Shown one piece after another: positions 1-7,073 of a stretch of DNA of 44,943 nt. The stretch lies in the IMG/VR virus record IMGVR_UViG_3300024186_000074, positions 1 to 44,943 of that record, one strand, 5' to 3'. A program made the position numbers and the translations under genes. Positions within the stretch are counted from its first letter, which is position 1. The number at the start of each line of letters is the position of its first letter. The DNA is from a virus. Lineage: Duplodnaviria > Caudoviricetes. Below the pieces are notes generated by a model that had not been told where the DNA came from, did no database searches, and saw only the letters and a list, made by a program, of their open reading frames with translations.

Positions 1-6
1 AAGCCT

Positions 7-132
7 ACACGCGGTACAGCTCGTAGGCTTCGGCCGGCTCGTTGATGATGTAGCTAAACCTTCCCTGTTCGCTGCCGACGTGACCTTCACTGGCGCATGC
101 CCATCCGTTCACTGCCATGATGCCTAGCACCT
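7..132. repeat. Terminal direct repeat, left copy (126 bp; matches 44818-44943); circular assembly overlap
   Basis: ACACGCGGTACAGC...GCCTAGCACCT is identical at both ends. Only the first 6 nt of the window differ. Confidence 0.95.
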
Positions 133-181
133 GGTTCCGTAGCCGTATCTCTTCCTCTGGCCCGGGCAGGCGTTCATGCAT
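7..181 (-). CDS. 5' part of a hypothetical protein spanning the circular junction (MHERLPGPEEEIRLRNQVLGIMAVNG..., continues to 44618)
   Basis: ATG at 181 overlaps the end of the upstream gene (ATGCATGA) and is in frame with ORF 44618-44941 across the repeat. Confidence 0.7.
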
Positions 182-386
182 GGCTCGGTGCCTCTAACCC
201 GAAGAACGCGTACGCCACCTTTGCAATCTCAATCACAAGGCCGTAGAAGAGCCCGTGCATGATAGTCATGACTATCTCGCCCATAATCTTGGCGGCTATC
301 TTGATGCCCTCTTTAAAGGCCTTCCATACTTCCGACCAGTAACCGCCGGGCTTGGATGGTGGTGCAGCTCCTGGCTCAGCCTCCAC
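174..386 (-). CDS. Small hydrophobic hypothetical protein
   Basis: Probable GTG start overlapping the upstream TAG (TAGTG); hydrophobic C-terminal half. Confidence 0.55.
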   Translation of the reverse strand: MEAEPGAAPPSKPGGYWSEVWKAFKEGIKIAAKIMGEIVMTIMHGLFYGLVIEIAKVAYAFFGLEAPSHA

Positions 387-805
387 TAGAACTCGAACCC
401 TTCTTCTGGCGTGTCGCCAGTGCAGGGTTCGCCTAAGTACTGGTGGATGCAATACAGGGCGTTGTCGTAGCCGACAGCCATTGCTGCGTAGTAGCCCTCG
501 TCGACGAGCTTGCCGATAACCGCCCGCTGTTCGGCGTCATGCTGCTTGTTCTTAGAGGGACGGTAGCCCTCGGCTTTAATCTCTAGGAACATGCCGGCGT
601 ATGAGTCGACGCTTTGGGGCTTGAGGCGGGGTCGGGCGATGAATAAGTCTGGGTAGCCGCGGCTAGCGTTGATGCGTGAATAAAGGGCGCGGCTGCGGGG
701 GGATGGGTTGTTGATGCCGGAGCTATCGAAGCGCCACAGTAAATCTACGTGCCACTTTTTGAGGTGGCGGGCGAGTAGTTCATAAATGTCGGTTTCTTTG
801 GCCAT
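386..805 (-). CDS. VRR-NUC-like PD-(D/E)xK nuclease (possible Holliday junction resolvase)
   Basis: GYPDLFI...GMFLEIKA motif followed by 'EQRAVIGKLVDEGY'. Confidence 0.75.
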   Translation of the reverse strand: MAKETDIYELLARHLKKWHVDLLWRFDSSGINNPSPRSRALYSRINASRGYPDLFIARPRLKPQSVDSYAGMFLEIKAEGYRPSKNKQHDAEQRAVIGKLVDEGYYAAMAVGYDNALYCIHQYLGEPCTGDTPEEGFEF

Positions 806-1066
806 ATGTTTCTTAGTTCACCCCGCCGTAGCATAGCTACTATTGGTGGTTTACAGGCTGCTCTAGTGCCAAGTCACACGGGTGGGCAATGCGACGGCGG
901 CAGCATGGCGGTGGTCTCCAATGCTTCTGTAGCGGAGGCTTCTATATTTTCTCGCAATGTGCTGGCCGGTGCAAGGCCGATTCTGTGTCACACACTGATA
1001 TGAGTGTGCGACGTTGCCATAAGAGGTGGCCTGCAGGTTTGATTTACAACGCGGCTTGTCAAGTGC

Positions 1067-1306
1067 CTAGTCCAACCACTTCGCACCCCTGTCGGGGTAG
1101 GTTATTGTGCCATGTTGGACTTTTGGTGGTCTAATATGCTTGATATCCCCACACGAGCATGCAAGCACGTACTCATGGTGATGGTCGCCGGCGGTTGAGG
1201 ATATCGTCTTCCGCTCCGCAATCAGGAACGGGCAAGTATTCGGGTCGACCGGGCAGTGCTTAGCCTTGCAGCCTTGCTTTGGACCGTGGCCATCGTCCTT
1301 GCTCAC
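1067..1306 (-). CDS. Small Cys/His-rich hypothetical protein
   Basis: ORF in a chain of overlapping minus-strand genes; HHHEYVLACSCG motif. Confidence 0.55.
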   Translation of the reverse strand: MSKDDGHGPKQGCKAKHCPVDPNTCPFLIAERKTISSTAGDHHHEYVLACSCGDIKHIRPPKVQHGTITYPDRGAKWLD

Positions 1307-1452
1307 AGCCGTGCCTTACTCACCGCCATAGGCTTCTCATATGGCAACTCCTCGAACTCCAGCGGGAAGTTTGCCAAGCGTAGCGGGTCGGGCTTGGCGG
1401 GATGCAGGATGTTCAGCAGCAGGATTATCGGGTTCGTCCTAGTAGTCTTCAT
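1303..1452 (-). CDS. Small hypothetical protein (MKTTRTNP...)
   Basis: 3' part of ORF 1303-1524; overlaps both neighbours. Confidence 0.4.
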   Translation of the reverse strand: MKTTRTNPIILLLNILHPAKPDPLRLANFPLEFEELPYEKPMAVSKARL

Positions 1453-1624
1453 AGCTGTCAGCCTCCGCCGCCTCAGAATCATTGCTGTCATGGATAGCGG
1501 CGTCACAGTGCCCGCAGGTGCCACATGGCTGTGCGCGGTGCTGCCGTATGCGCTCGTCTGATATCTCGAAGCCCTTACGGATTGCCTGCATGGTGTCTGA
1601 TAGCTGTTGGTCTAGGGCGTTCAT
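1439..1624 (-). CDS. Small hypothetical protein with CxxCxxC motif
   Basis: ATGA overlap with the upstream gene; acidic tail. Confidence 0.55.
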   Translation of the reverse strand: MNALDQQLSDTMQAIRKGFEISDERIRQHRAQPCGTCGHCDAAIHDSNDSEAAEADSYEDY

Positions 1625-2193
1625 CTGAACTCCGCAGGAATCTCATCCTCGGGTATGTTGTCTGCCCGCATGCCGCGGCCAATGAGTGACGCGAACTCGG
1701 CGTCATCGTCTGGCGGTTCGTTGGTGACACGTGACTGTAGTGGTGCTTGTGTGGGTGCCTTCACGCGGTCAACCATCGCGAAGAACGTCTTCGCCCACTT
1801 CTCGATATGGCTGTCTGGAGAACCAGTCATTTGACTGAGGTCTGGGGAGAGGTAGGCGATTGCCTGCCCTATGGCCCACTGAGCCCGGATGGCCATGTCA
1901 TCGCGTGGCGTCCAGCTGGAGCCGCTAGAGCTGCCTGTAGGGGCTTGTGAAGGGTCTGGGCGTTGGTCGCGGTAGAAGCGCTGATATGGCTTGCCGGCTT
2001 GGGATGTCTTGGTCTCTATGTGGCCGTACACAGTCTGGCCGACAGAGATGGTGCTGGGGTCTTTGACAACCCAGCGTAGGGGTTCGTTAGCGCGGCCCTT
2101 GAACAGGACGTTGCACCAGGTGTTGCCGTTGGCGTCCTTGTAGTCGCCTACCTTGAAGTACGAGACCTCATAAATTTGTGGTTGTTCTGTCAT
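1621..2193 (-). CDS. Putative single-stranded DNA-binding / recombination-associated protein
   Basis: Beta-rich OB-like N-terminus, flexible linker, acidic C-terminal tail (DNIPEDEIPAEFR), strong AAGGAGGTG RBS. Confidence 0.5.
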   Translation of the reverse strand: MTEQPQIYEVSYFKVGDYKDANGNTWCNVLFKGRANEPLRWVVKDPSTISVGQTVYGHIETKTSQAGKPYQRFYRDQRPDPSQAPTGSSSGSSWTPRDDMAIRAQWAIGQAIAYLSPDLSQMTGSPDSHIEKWAKTFFAMVDRVKAPTQAPLQSRVTNEPPDDDAEFASLIGRGMRADNIPEDEIPAEFR

Positions 2194-2202
2194 ATCACCT
2201 CC

Positions 2203-2397
2203 TTAGTAATCTTCCTCGTCCCTGGGGTCGTCGATGTCGTCCGCATACGGGTTGTCTTCGGCCGGACCGAGCGGTACTGGGTTAAGCAGCCAGGCTTCGG
2301 CTTCGAGGTCGTAGAACAGTTCGTAGTGGTGGTTAGTGTCAATCCAGCTTGGTAGGGAGAGCTTTAGCGGGTCGCCCTGTACTTCTATCGTTGTCAT
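2203..2397 (-). CDS. Small acidic hypothetical protein
   Basis: ATGA-coupled ORF. Confidence 0.6.
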   Translation of the reverse strand: MTTIEVQGDPLKLSLPSWIDTNHHYELFYDLEAEAWLLNPVPLGPAEDNPYADDIDDPRDEEDY

Positions 2398-2549
2398 TTG
2401 CCCGTCCCTCGTTCCTTAAGCAACTCGAAGGATACGAGTGAGTACGCGAGTACCACTATTCCCCAGGCAACTTGCCGCCAGACATGTGCGCCCTCCACGA
2501 CCATATAGCCGCTGGAGATTGCTGCGAAGCCAGCTAGGAAGGTTGTCAT
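2394..2549 (-). CDS. Small membrane protein (MTTFLAGFAAISS...); a longer start at 2789 is possible
   Basis: Two hydrophobic segments; ATG overlaps the stop of 2546-2773. Confidence 0.55.
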   Translation of the reverse strand: MTTFLAGFAAISSGYMVVEGAHVWRQVAWGIVVLAYSLVSFELLKERGTGK

Positions 2550-2773
2550 TTCTTGGGCTCCCCAGCCTTTATCTCCTCGATAAACGCCCGCCGGATTTGT
2601 TTGTTTGCCAGCAGCTGGAGCACGATTAGCTCGTTCCGGCTCTTCGTGTTTGTTTCCTTCGACACCCTTGTGAGTGCCCGGCTTAGTGCCCTTGGCAGGT
2701 ACACCGACCAAAAGTGCTTTGGGTATTTTGGTGACTCGATGTACAGAATCGCTTCTTCTAGGTCTGTCATCAC
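2546..2773 (-). CDS. Ribbon-helix-helix DNA-binding protein
   Basis: HFWSVYLPRALSRALTRVSKETNTKSRNELIV fits the RHH strand-helix-helix pattern; first gene after a strong promoter. Confidence 0.55.
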   Translation of the reverse strand: MMTDLEEAILYIESPKYPKHFWSVYLPRALSRALTRVSKETNTKSRNELIVLQLLANKQIRRAFIEEIKAGEPKK

Positions 2774-2885
2774 TTCCTTTCTTAGTCATAGTTTACTCCA
2801 TTTGGTTGTTTGTATGGTCGCGCCCAAGTGGCTGCCGATGTACCCAATTGGTTGTTGGTAATCCGCCACTTGGTTGCTGGAGGGT

Positions 2886-2944
2886 ATTATCGTTAAGTGA
2901 CTAATATTAGTCAAGGGTTTAATGCATAATTCCTGTGTATAACT
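2886..2944 (-). promoter_or_regulatory. Leftward sigma70/sigmaA-type promoter (TTGACT-17-GATAAT) with palindrome TGACTAATATTAGTCA and upstream DnaA-like box
   Basis: -35 at 2909-2914, -10 at 2886-2891, 16-bp palindrome at 2898-2913, TTATACACA on the minus strand. Confidence 0.7.
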
Positions 2945-3172
2945 CACTAAGATAAGGGGTGTGTGCCGGGGCGTAGGCCAGCCCGTGGGGCTACTGTGTG
3001 CCCCGGCCACCATGGGGCACGGCCATCGCCCCTGGTCAGCGGCCCGGGCAGCCACCAGACGGTATACGCCCTGGCTATACCTACCGAGCGGGGGCTCTCA
3101 AGCTGGCCGCACGGCCGCCGGCGGACGGCGAGCTCCTGGCCGCGAACCTACAAGCCACCTACAATACCCACC

Positions 3173-3859
3173 ATGCAGATACAGCCCCGTGACATGCAAC
3201 TGCTACGCCTTGTCGCGGAGTTCGGCTTCCTTGATGCGAGACAGATAAGAGAACTAATCTTCCATGACCTTAGTAGTGATACATCATCAGATAGAACGTT
3301 CAAGAGACTAGTGGAAGCTAAGCTACTCACCAGGATTGAACCGCCGCTCGTCGGCAACCGGCGAGGCGGCAACGGCGTCTACATTTACCGGCTTGGAGCT
3401 GCTGGAGTTAGCCTGTTTGGCGGAAGCAATCCGCATATCTCAACCATCTATCATTCCCTAGCGATTGCCGACCTCCATATGATGCTTGTCGGCCTGGAGC
3501 GGCAGGGACGCATCCAGGTCATGGCCTACCTAACCGAGCCGAGTACGCACCAGACAATCGGCGGCAAGGTGCTGAAGCCAGACTATTACGCGGAGATTCG
3601 GAACCGGCGCGGGGAAGACTTCGCCTTCATGTTTGAGATTGACATGGGCACCCAAAGCACGGCTATCCGTGGCAAGCTCGCCAACTACCGTGAGGCGGCG
3701 GCCGACGAAGACTGGCCGGACAATCAGTCAGTGGTGTTTGTGGCCATAGACGAGAAGCGCGTGCGGACGCTTGAGCTGATGCTTAGCCGTTGGGATAAGG
3801 AATGGCGGGAGGTTATCAGCGTCAGCACCGCTAGTGGAATTGCTGCTGTCCTATCTTAG
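3173..3859 (+). CDS. Replication-relaxation (Replic_Relax, PF13814-like; MOBC-related) relaxase
   Basis: N-terminal wHTH (RDMQLLRLVAEFGFLDARQI), HSLAIADL, LKPD and FEIDMGT motifs. Start at 3173 lies 7 nt after TACAAT, suggesting a leaderless mRNA. Confidence 0.8.
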   Translation: MQIQPRDMQLLRLVAEFGFLDARQIRELIFHDLSSDTSSDRTFKRLVEAKLLTRIEPPLVGNRRGGNGVYIYRLGAAGVSLFGGSNPHISTIYHSLAIADLHMMLVGLERQGRIQVMAYLTEPSTHQTIGGKVLKPDYYAEIRNRRGEDFAFMFEIDMGTQSTAIRGKLANYREAAADEDWPDNQSVVFVAIDEKRVRTLELMLSRWDKEWREVISVSTASGIAAVLS

Positions 3860-3916
3860 TTATACACAGGAATATATACAAAAGGTGTTGACTAATACAC
3901 CCTGTAAGCGCATACT
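3858..3916 (+). promoter_or_regulatory. Rightward promoter (TTGACT-17-CATACT) with upstream DnaA-like box TTATACACA
   Basis: -35 at 3888-3893, -10 at 3911-3916; mirror image of the 2886-2944 element. Confidence 0.7.
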
Positions 3917-4003
3917 TGGAAGTATCACCAAAAGCGGGCAACCAAGCAAAAGCAGGTAGCTGACCAGCGAGGCGAACTAAGCAACTAAACGGGGAATCAA
4001 GCA

Positions 4004-4150
4004 ATGAAACTATCAGCAAAACTAGAACTGGACGCCCAGACGTTGGCCTGGTACATCAACGGCGAAGACCTGGAAAGCGCCCTTGAATCGGCTTGCGATG
4101 GCCAGGTAAACGTCATACGGCGGGCTATCCAGATTAACGAGGGCGACTAG
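4004..4150 (+). CDS. Small hypothetical protein (48 aa, MKLSAKLELDAQ...), below ORF-track cutoff
   Basis: GGGGA RBS; first ORF after the promoter; abuts the next gene. Confidence 0.6.
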   Translation: MKLSAKLELDAQTLAWYINGEDLESALESACDGQVNVIRRAIQINEGD

Positions 4151-4152
4151 CC

Positions 4153-4428
4153 ATGACCATCACATTCAACCAAGAAGCCTCACCACTACTATGGCTCATC
4201 GAGGGCGTAGTCACCTACAAGGGAGATGAGTTCGCCTTCTGGTACGAGTACGACGGGCGCTGTGGAAATGGAGAAGAGCACTTTGAGGCCCGCCTAGAGT
4301 TTGATGACGGCGAGCCCAACGATGACTTTGACTTCGAGGCGTTAGCAGAGGCCTGCCTGGCGCAAGTCAGGAAAGGTATGCGCGTCACTAAGCAGCTAGG
4401 CATCGAGAAGGTTTTGGTAGCAGCATGA
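4153..4428 (+). CDS. Acidic hypothetical protein
   Basis: Coupled ORF in the early operon. Confidence 0.6.
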   Translation: MTITFNQEASPLLWLIEGVVTYKGDEFAFWYEYDGRCGNGEEHFEARLEFDDGEPNDDFDFEALAEACLAQVRKGMRVTKQLGIEKVLVAA

Positions 4429-4664
4429 CCGACATAACCAAAGACACCATAACCCGCCTGCGTGCCGCAGAAGCCCGCCTAACCTTCCGAGCCAACCAAC
4501 GAGACCACCTACAGCCTAGGACAGCTCCTGGGGCTCCGTATGGCCTTGTAGTGAAGCGTGGCCGGGCTAAGGGCATCACGAAAGATGAGATAGTCGTGCT
4601 CGTCCTGGCGCTGCTGGCCGGCATCCTGTTCGGGCTGGGGCATGTGGGATTGTTTAACTACTAG
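4425..4664 (+). CDS. Hypothetical protein with C-terminal transmembrane helix
   Basis: ATGA overlap; IVVLVLALLAGILFGLG segment. Confidence 0.6.
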   Translation: MTDITKDTITRLRAAEARLTFRANQRDHLQPRTAPGAPYGLVVKRGRAKGITKDEIVVLVLALLAGILFGLGHVGLFNY

Positions 4665-4673
4665 CCCCACCTA

Positions 4674-4710
4674 AAAGGAAATACCCTCCGTATGCTGGAG
4701 GGTATTTTTG
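4674..4710. terminator. Bidirectional intrinsic terminator
   Basis: AAATACCCTCC-loop-GGAGGGTATTT hairpin with U-tracts on both strands. Confidence 0.8.
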
Positions 4711-4847
4711 TGCTCGACAGTCCACAAAGAGAAAGTGGAGGGTAACAACAATCTTTCCGTAAGGCTTGATAAGTAGAACGCTATACGGTGTGGACTGCGG
4801 CGAGCGAACTTTCCCAAGGTGCTTAGGCTGGCGCTAACCAGACTACG
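4674..4847 (-). ncRNA. Candidate structured ncRNA (~170 nt)
   Basis: Extended -10 TGcTAGAAT at 4853-4861, nested inverted repeats, ends at the terminator. Confidence 0.5.
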
Positions 4848-4911
4848 CCTATATTCTAGCAAATTGCTCGTGCTAAATCAATCCGCTTGCAAGCAATAGG
4901 TGGTTGGGCTG

Positions 4912-5418
4912 CTACGCCCGCAGTAGACCCTTCTGTTTAAGCATGGCTCGCAGTCGCTCCTTGGCCGGGCTCGGTTCCCCCCTCTTAATTTCATTGCCCG
5001 CTTCTATTGTATTTCTATTGTTATTCTTGGTTGTGGTTTTTGAACGATTTTGTTCACTTTTTGAACGCCCGAACGCACTTTTTGAACGGTCTGCCGGCTG
5101 CGCGTTCAATTTTTGAACGTTATAGGGGTGATGGGCGAGAGCGTTATGGTAGATGTCAGTGGTGCGAACATGCTTTTGCTTGTCTATTTCTAGCAGGCCA
5201 CGCTTCACAAGGCGGTTCCGCATGTAGTAGACGGCCGACTTTCCCAAGCCGAGGTCTCTGGCTATGGCATCAAGGGACTTGTAGCACCAACCGCTACGTG
5301 ACAGGTAGTAGACCATGTCAAGGTAGACGTATTCCGCTACTGATATGTCGAGCTCCAAGCGCACGCTGTAGAGAATCGTGCAGAACTTGGGTGAGTGTTG
5401 GGTATTTTCTTCGTGCAT
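4912..5418 (-). CDS. HTH replication initiator (lambda O-like organisation)
   Basis: wHTH (WCYKSLDAIARDLGLGKSAVYYMRNRLVKRGLL); internal iterons; N/T/K-rich linker. Confidence 0.7.
   Translation of the reverse strand: MHEENTQHSPKFCTILYSVRLELDISVAEYVYLDMVYYLSRSGWCYKSLDAIARDLGLGKSAVYYMRNRLVKRGLLEIDKQKHVRTTDIYHNALAHHPYNVQKLNAQPADRSKSAFGRSKSEQNRSKTTTKNNNRNTIEAGNEIKRGEPSPAKERLRAMLKQKGLLRA
4985..5119. repeat. Putative replication origin: four TTTTTGAACG iterons plus adjacent AT-rich tract
   Basis: Copies at 5037, 5058, 5079 and 5110 (spacing 21, 21, 31 bp). Confidence 0.7.
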
Positions 5419-5620
5419 AAACATCCAGGAACGAAAACAGCCCATCCCTTGATAGAGTCGGGCTGAGCTGTTTTCGCTTTACAATTGTAAACGCTAACTC
5501 TATCTTAGCACCAATCATTATGAGGCATGAGCGTGCTTAGGTCAAGCTGACTGGGGTGCCCCTTGACCCTCCCGCCAACATATGCGTTACTGAAGCCATA
5601 ACTAAACGGAGACTTTAGGC

Positions 5621-6229
5621 ATGGCCGAACGGGTAATTAGAGAAACACTTAGCGACATGAGCGCGCAGGTACTACCAGAAACCGAGGTAGTGCAGCTGCA
5701 CGTAGACCACCCGGACATGCCAGAAGCACCTACGCACCGCCTGGACGTGAGTGGCGATGAGGCTGATGCGCTAAGGAAGCTAGCAGCTCCAGTGGTCCGG
5801 GTCGTAGTGGTGGCGCCCGGCCAAGAGGCTCCCGAGGTCTTGAGCGTACCTGTGGCCAAGTTCGACAGTCTGTTTAAGGCCGTTGGTAAGAAGGCTGTGG
5901 ACGTGCTGGTGGAAGCGCCGGTAGTCGGTAAGAAGGTCAGGCCGGAGAATGGTAACGGCGACACCGGCCGGGACTACGCAACCCTTGAGTGGGCAGGCAC
6001 CCCAAAGAAAGGCCGGGTCTCCCCAGCTGAGAAAGAGTTCATTCGGAACAACTTCGACGCCGTGCAGGAACGACTAGCCCGTGATGGCATGCGGAAGATA
6101 GACCTGAACAACCCAGAGCATGTTGCCAGATTCGGGTTGGAAGAAATCGCCAGCATGGCCAAGTTCTTAGCAGCCGGTCCGCCGGCGGAAGTCGCGGCTC
6201 AGGTTGAGCAGGTGGCGGCGCAGGCCTAG
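5621..6229 (+). CDS. Lsr2-like protein, paralogue A (N-terminal domain shared with 17003-17434; different C-terminal domain)
   Basis: SDMS..HPD..LDVSGDEA..EAP..FDSLF aligns by eye with the second paralogue; C-terminal DYATLEWAGTPKKGRVS. Confidence 0.55.
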   Translation: MAERVIRETLSDMSAQVLPETEVVQLHVDHPDMPEAPTHRLDVSGDEADALRKLAAPVVRVVVVAPGQEAPEVLSVPVAKFDSLFKAVGKKAVDVLVEAPVVGKKVRPENGNGDTGRDYATLEWAGTPKKGRVSPAEKEFIRNNFDAVQERLARDGMRKIDLNNPEHVARFGLEEIASMAKFLAAGPPAEVAAQVEQVAAQA

Positions 6230-6285
6230 GGTCATGAGGAAGGCAGCACTATGAACGTATATAACAGCTAATCGTTCCTTATCTG

Positions 6286-6367
6286 AACAAACAAAGAGAC
6301 ACCCCGCTAAGGGTGTCTCTCCAGCTGGCCAGCTGCATAGCGGGGATATCCCCGGCTAAGTGCAGCA
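6286..6367 (-). ncRNA. Candidate small RNA (~80 nt) with its own promoter and terminator
   Basis: TGcTATACT at 6373-6381, long 5' hairpin, terminator GAGACACCC-loop-GGGTGTCTC-TTTGTTT. Confidence 0.55.
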
Positions 6368-6400
6368 AGACCAGTATAGCACGCCGTTAACCGCGGCGTG

Positions 6401-6455
6401 CTTTCCACATGTGCATAACTTTAGCATTGTATTACATGCAACAAACATGTATTAT
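6401..6455 (+). promoter_or_regulatory. Promoter TTGTAT-17-TATTAT with two DnaA-like boxes upstream
   Basis: CTTTCCACA at 6401-6409 and TGTGCATAA at 6410-6418; -35 at 6427, -10 at 6450. Confidence 0.6.
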
Positions 6456-6464
6456 ACCTAAAGC

Positions 6465-6716
6465 ATGAAAAGACGAGACGATACCCACTACCTAACCAAA
6501 GAACGTAAGGACAACGACACCCTTAGGGACGTGCTAGCCGCACTACTGGAGCGGCCAGGAATGTCCATCCGGGAAGCAAGCCGGCAGTCCGGGGTAGGCG
6601 CAGACAAGCTCTACCGGCTAAATAGCCACAGGCGCGTATTCTTCTCTCCCGAAGAGATTGTTGCGTTCGTGGCTGTCTACGGCCTCAAGCTGGAGCTTAC
6701 GGAGCTTGAGCCATGA
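6465..6716 (+). CDS. Cro/XRE-like HTH regulator
   Basis: MSIREASRQSGVGADKLYRL helix-turn-helix; first gene of the operon. Confidence 0.65.
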   Translation: MKRRDDTHYLTKERKDNDTLRDVLAALLERPGMSIREASRQSGVGADKLYRLNSHRRVFFSPEEIVAFVAVYGLKLELTELEP

Positions 6717-6970
6717 GCAGGCTGGACGACATCCTCTACAAGAACCAGATGGAGCACCTGATACAGGACGAGCCGAACTATGGCTTCTGCGAGACATGCC
6801 AAGAAATGGCTGACTTCAGATGTCACCGAGCTAATAAGTATTTGCCCTATGCCAAGCAGGAGCTAAAAGACCTGGTGCTGGAGCTAATGGACAGCTGCAA
6901 CGCTATCCATGAGAACGGCAATCCCTACATTGACGAAGTTCAGTTTAGCCAGAAGTTGGAGGAGCTATGA
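6713..6970 (+). CDS. Hypothetical protein (CxxC)
   Basis: ATGA-coupled ORF. Confidence 0.6.
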   Translation: MSRLDDILYKNQMEHLIQDEPNYGFCETCQEMADFRCHRANKYLPYAKQELKDLVLELMDSCNAIHENGNPYIDEVQFSQKLEEL

Positions 6971-7073
6971 CCAGAACCCCCGCCGACTGGCTAGCCCGTA
7001 TCCGCCGGCATAATCGTAAGAGCTACTACACGCCTATTCCTTGGGAGGAGTGGGGGTGGGGGGAAGACACACT

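Noticed and set aside
7-132. Terminal repeat as a biological direct terminal repeat of the virion DNA
   Set aside because: It falls mid-gene and its length is close to common assembler k-mer overlaps, so an assembly overlap is more likely.
2963-3172. N-terminal extension of the relaxase ORF
   Set aside because: Low-complexity Arg/Pro translation of GC-rich hairpin DNA; a -10 box sits 7 nt before ATG 3173, where the wHTH begins.
4671-4862. 63-aa minus-strand ORF
   Set aside because: Its start codon lies inside the predicted -10 element, it has no RBS, and it runs through the terminator; an ncRNA explains the region better.
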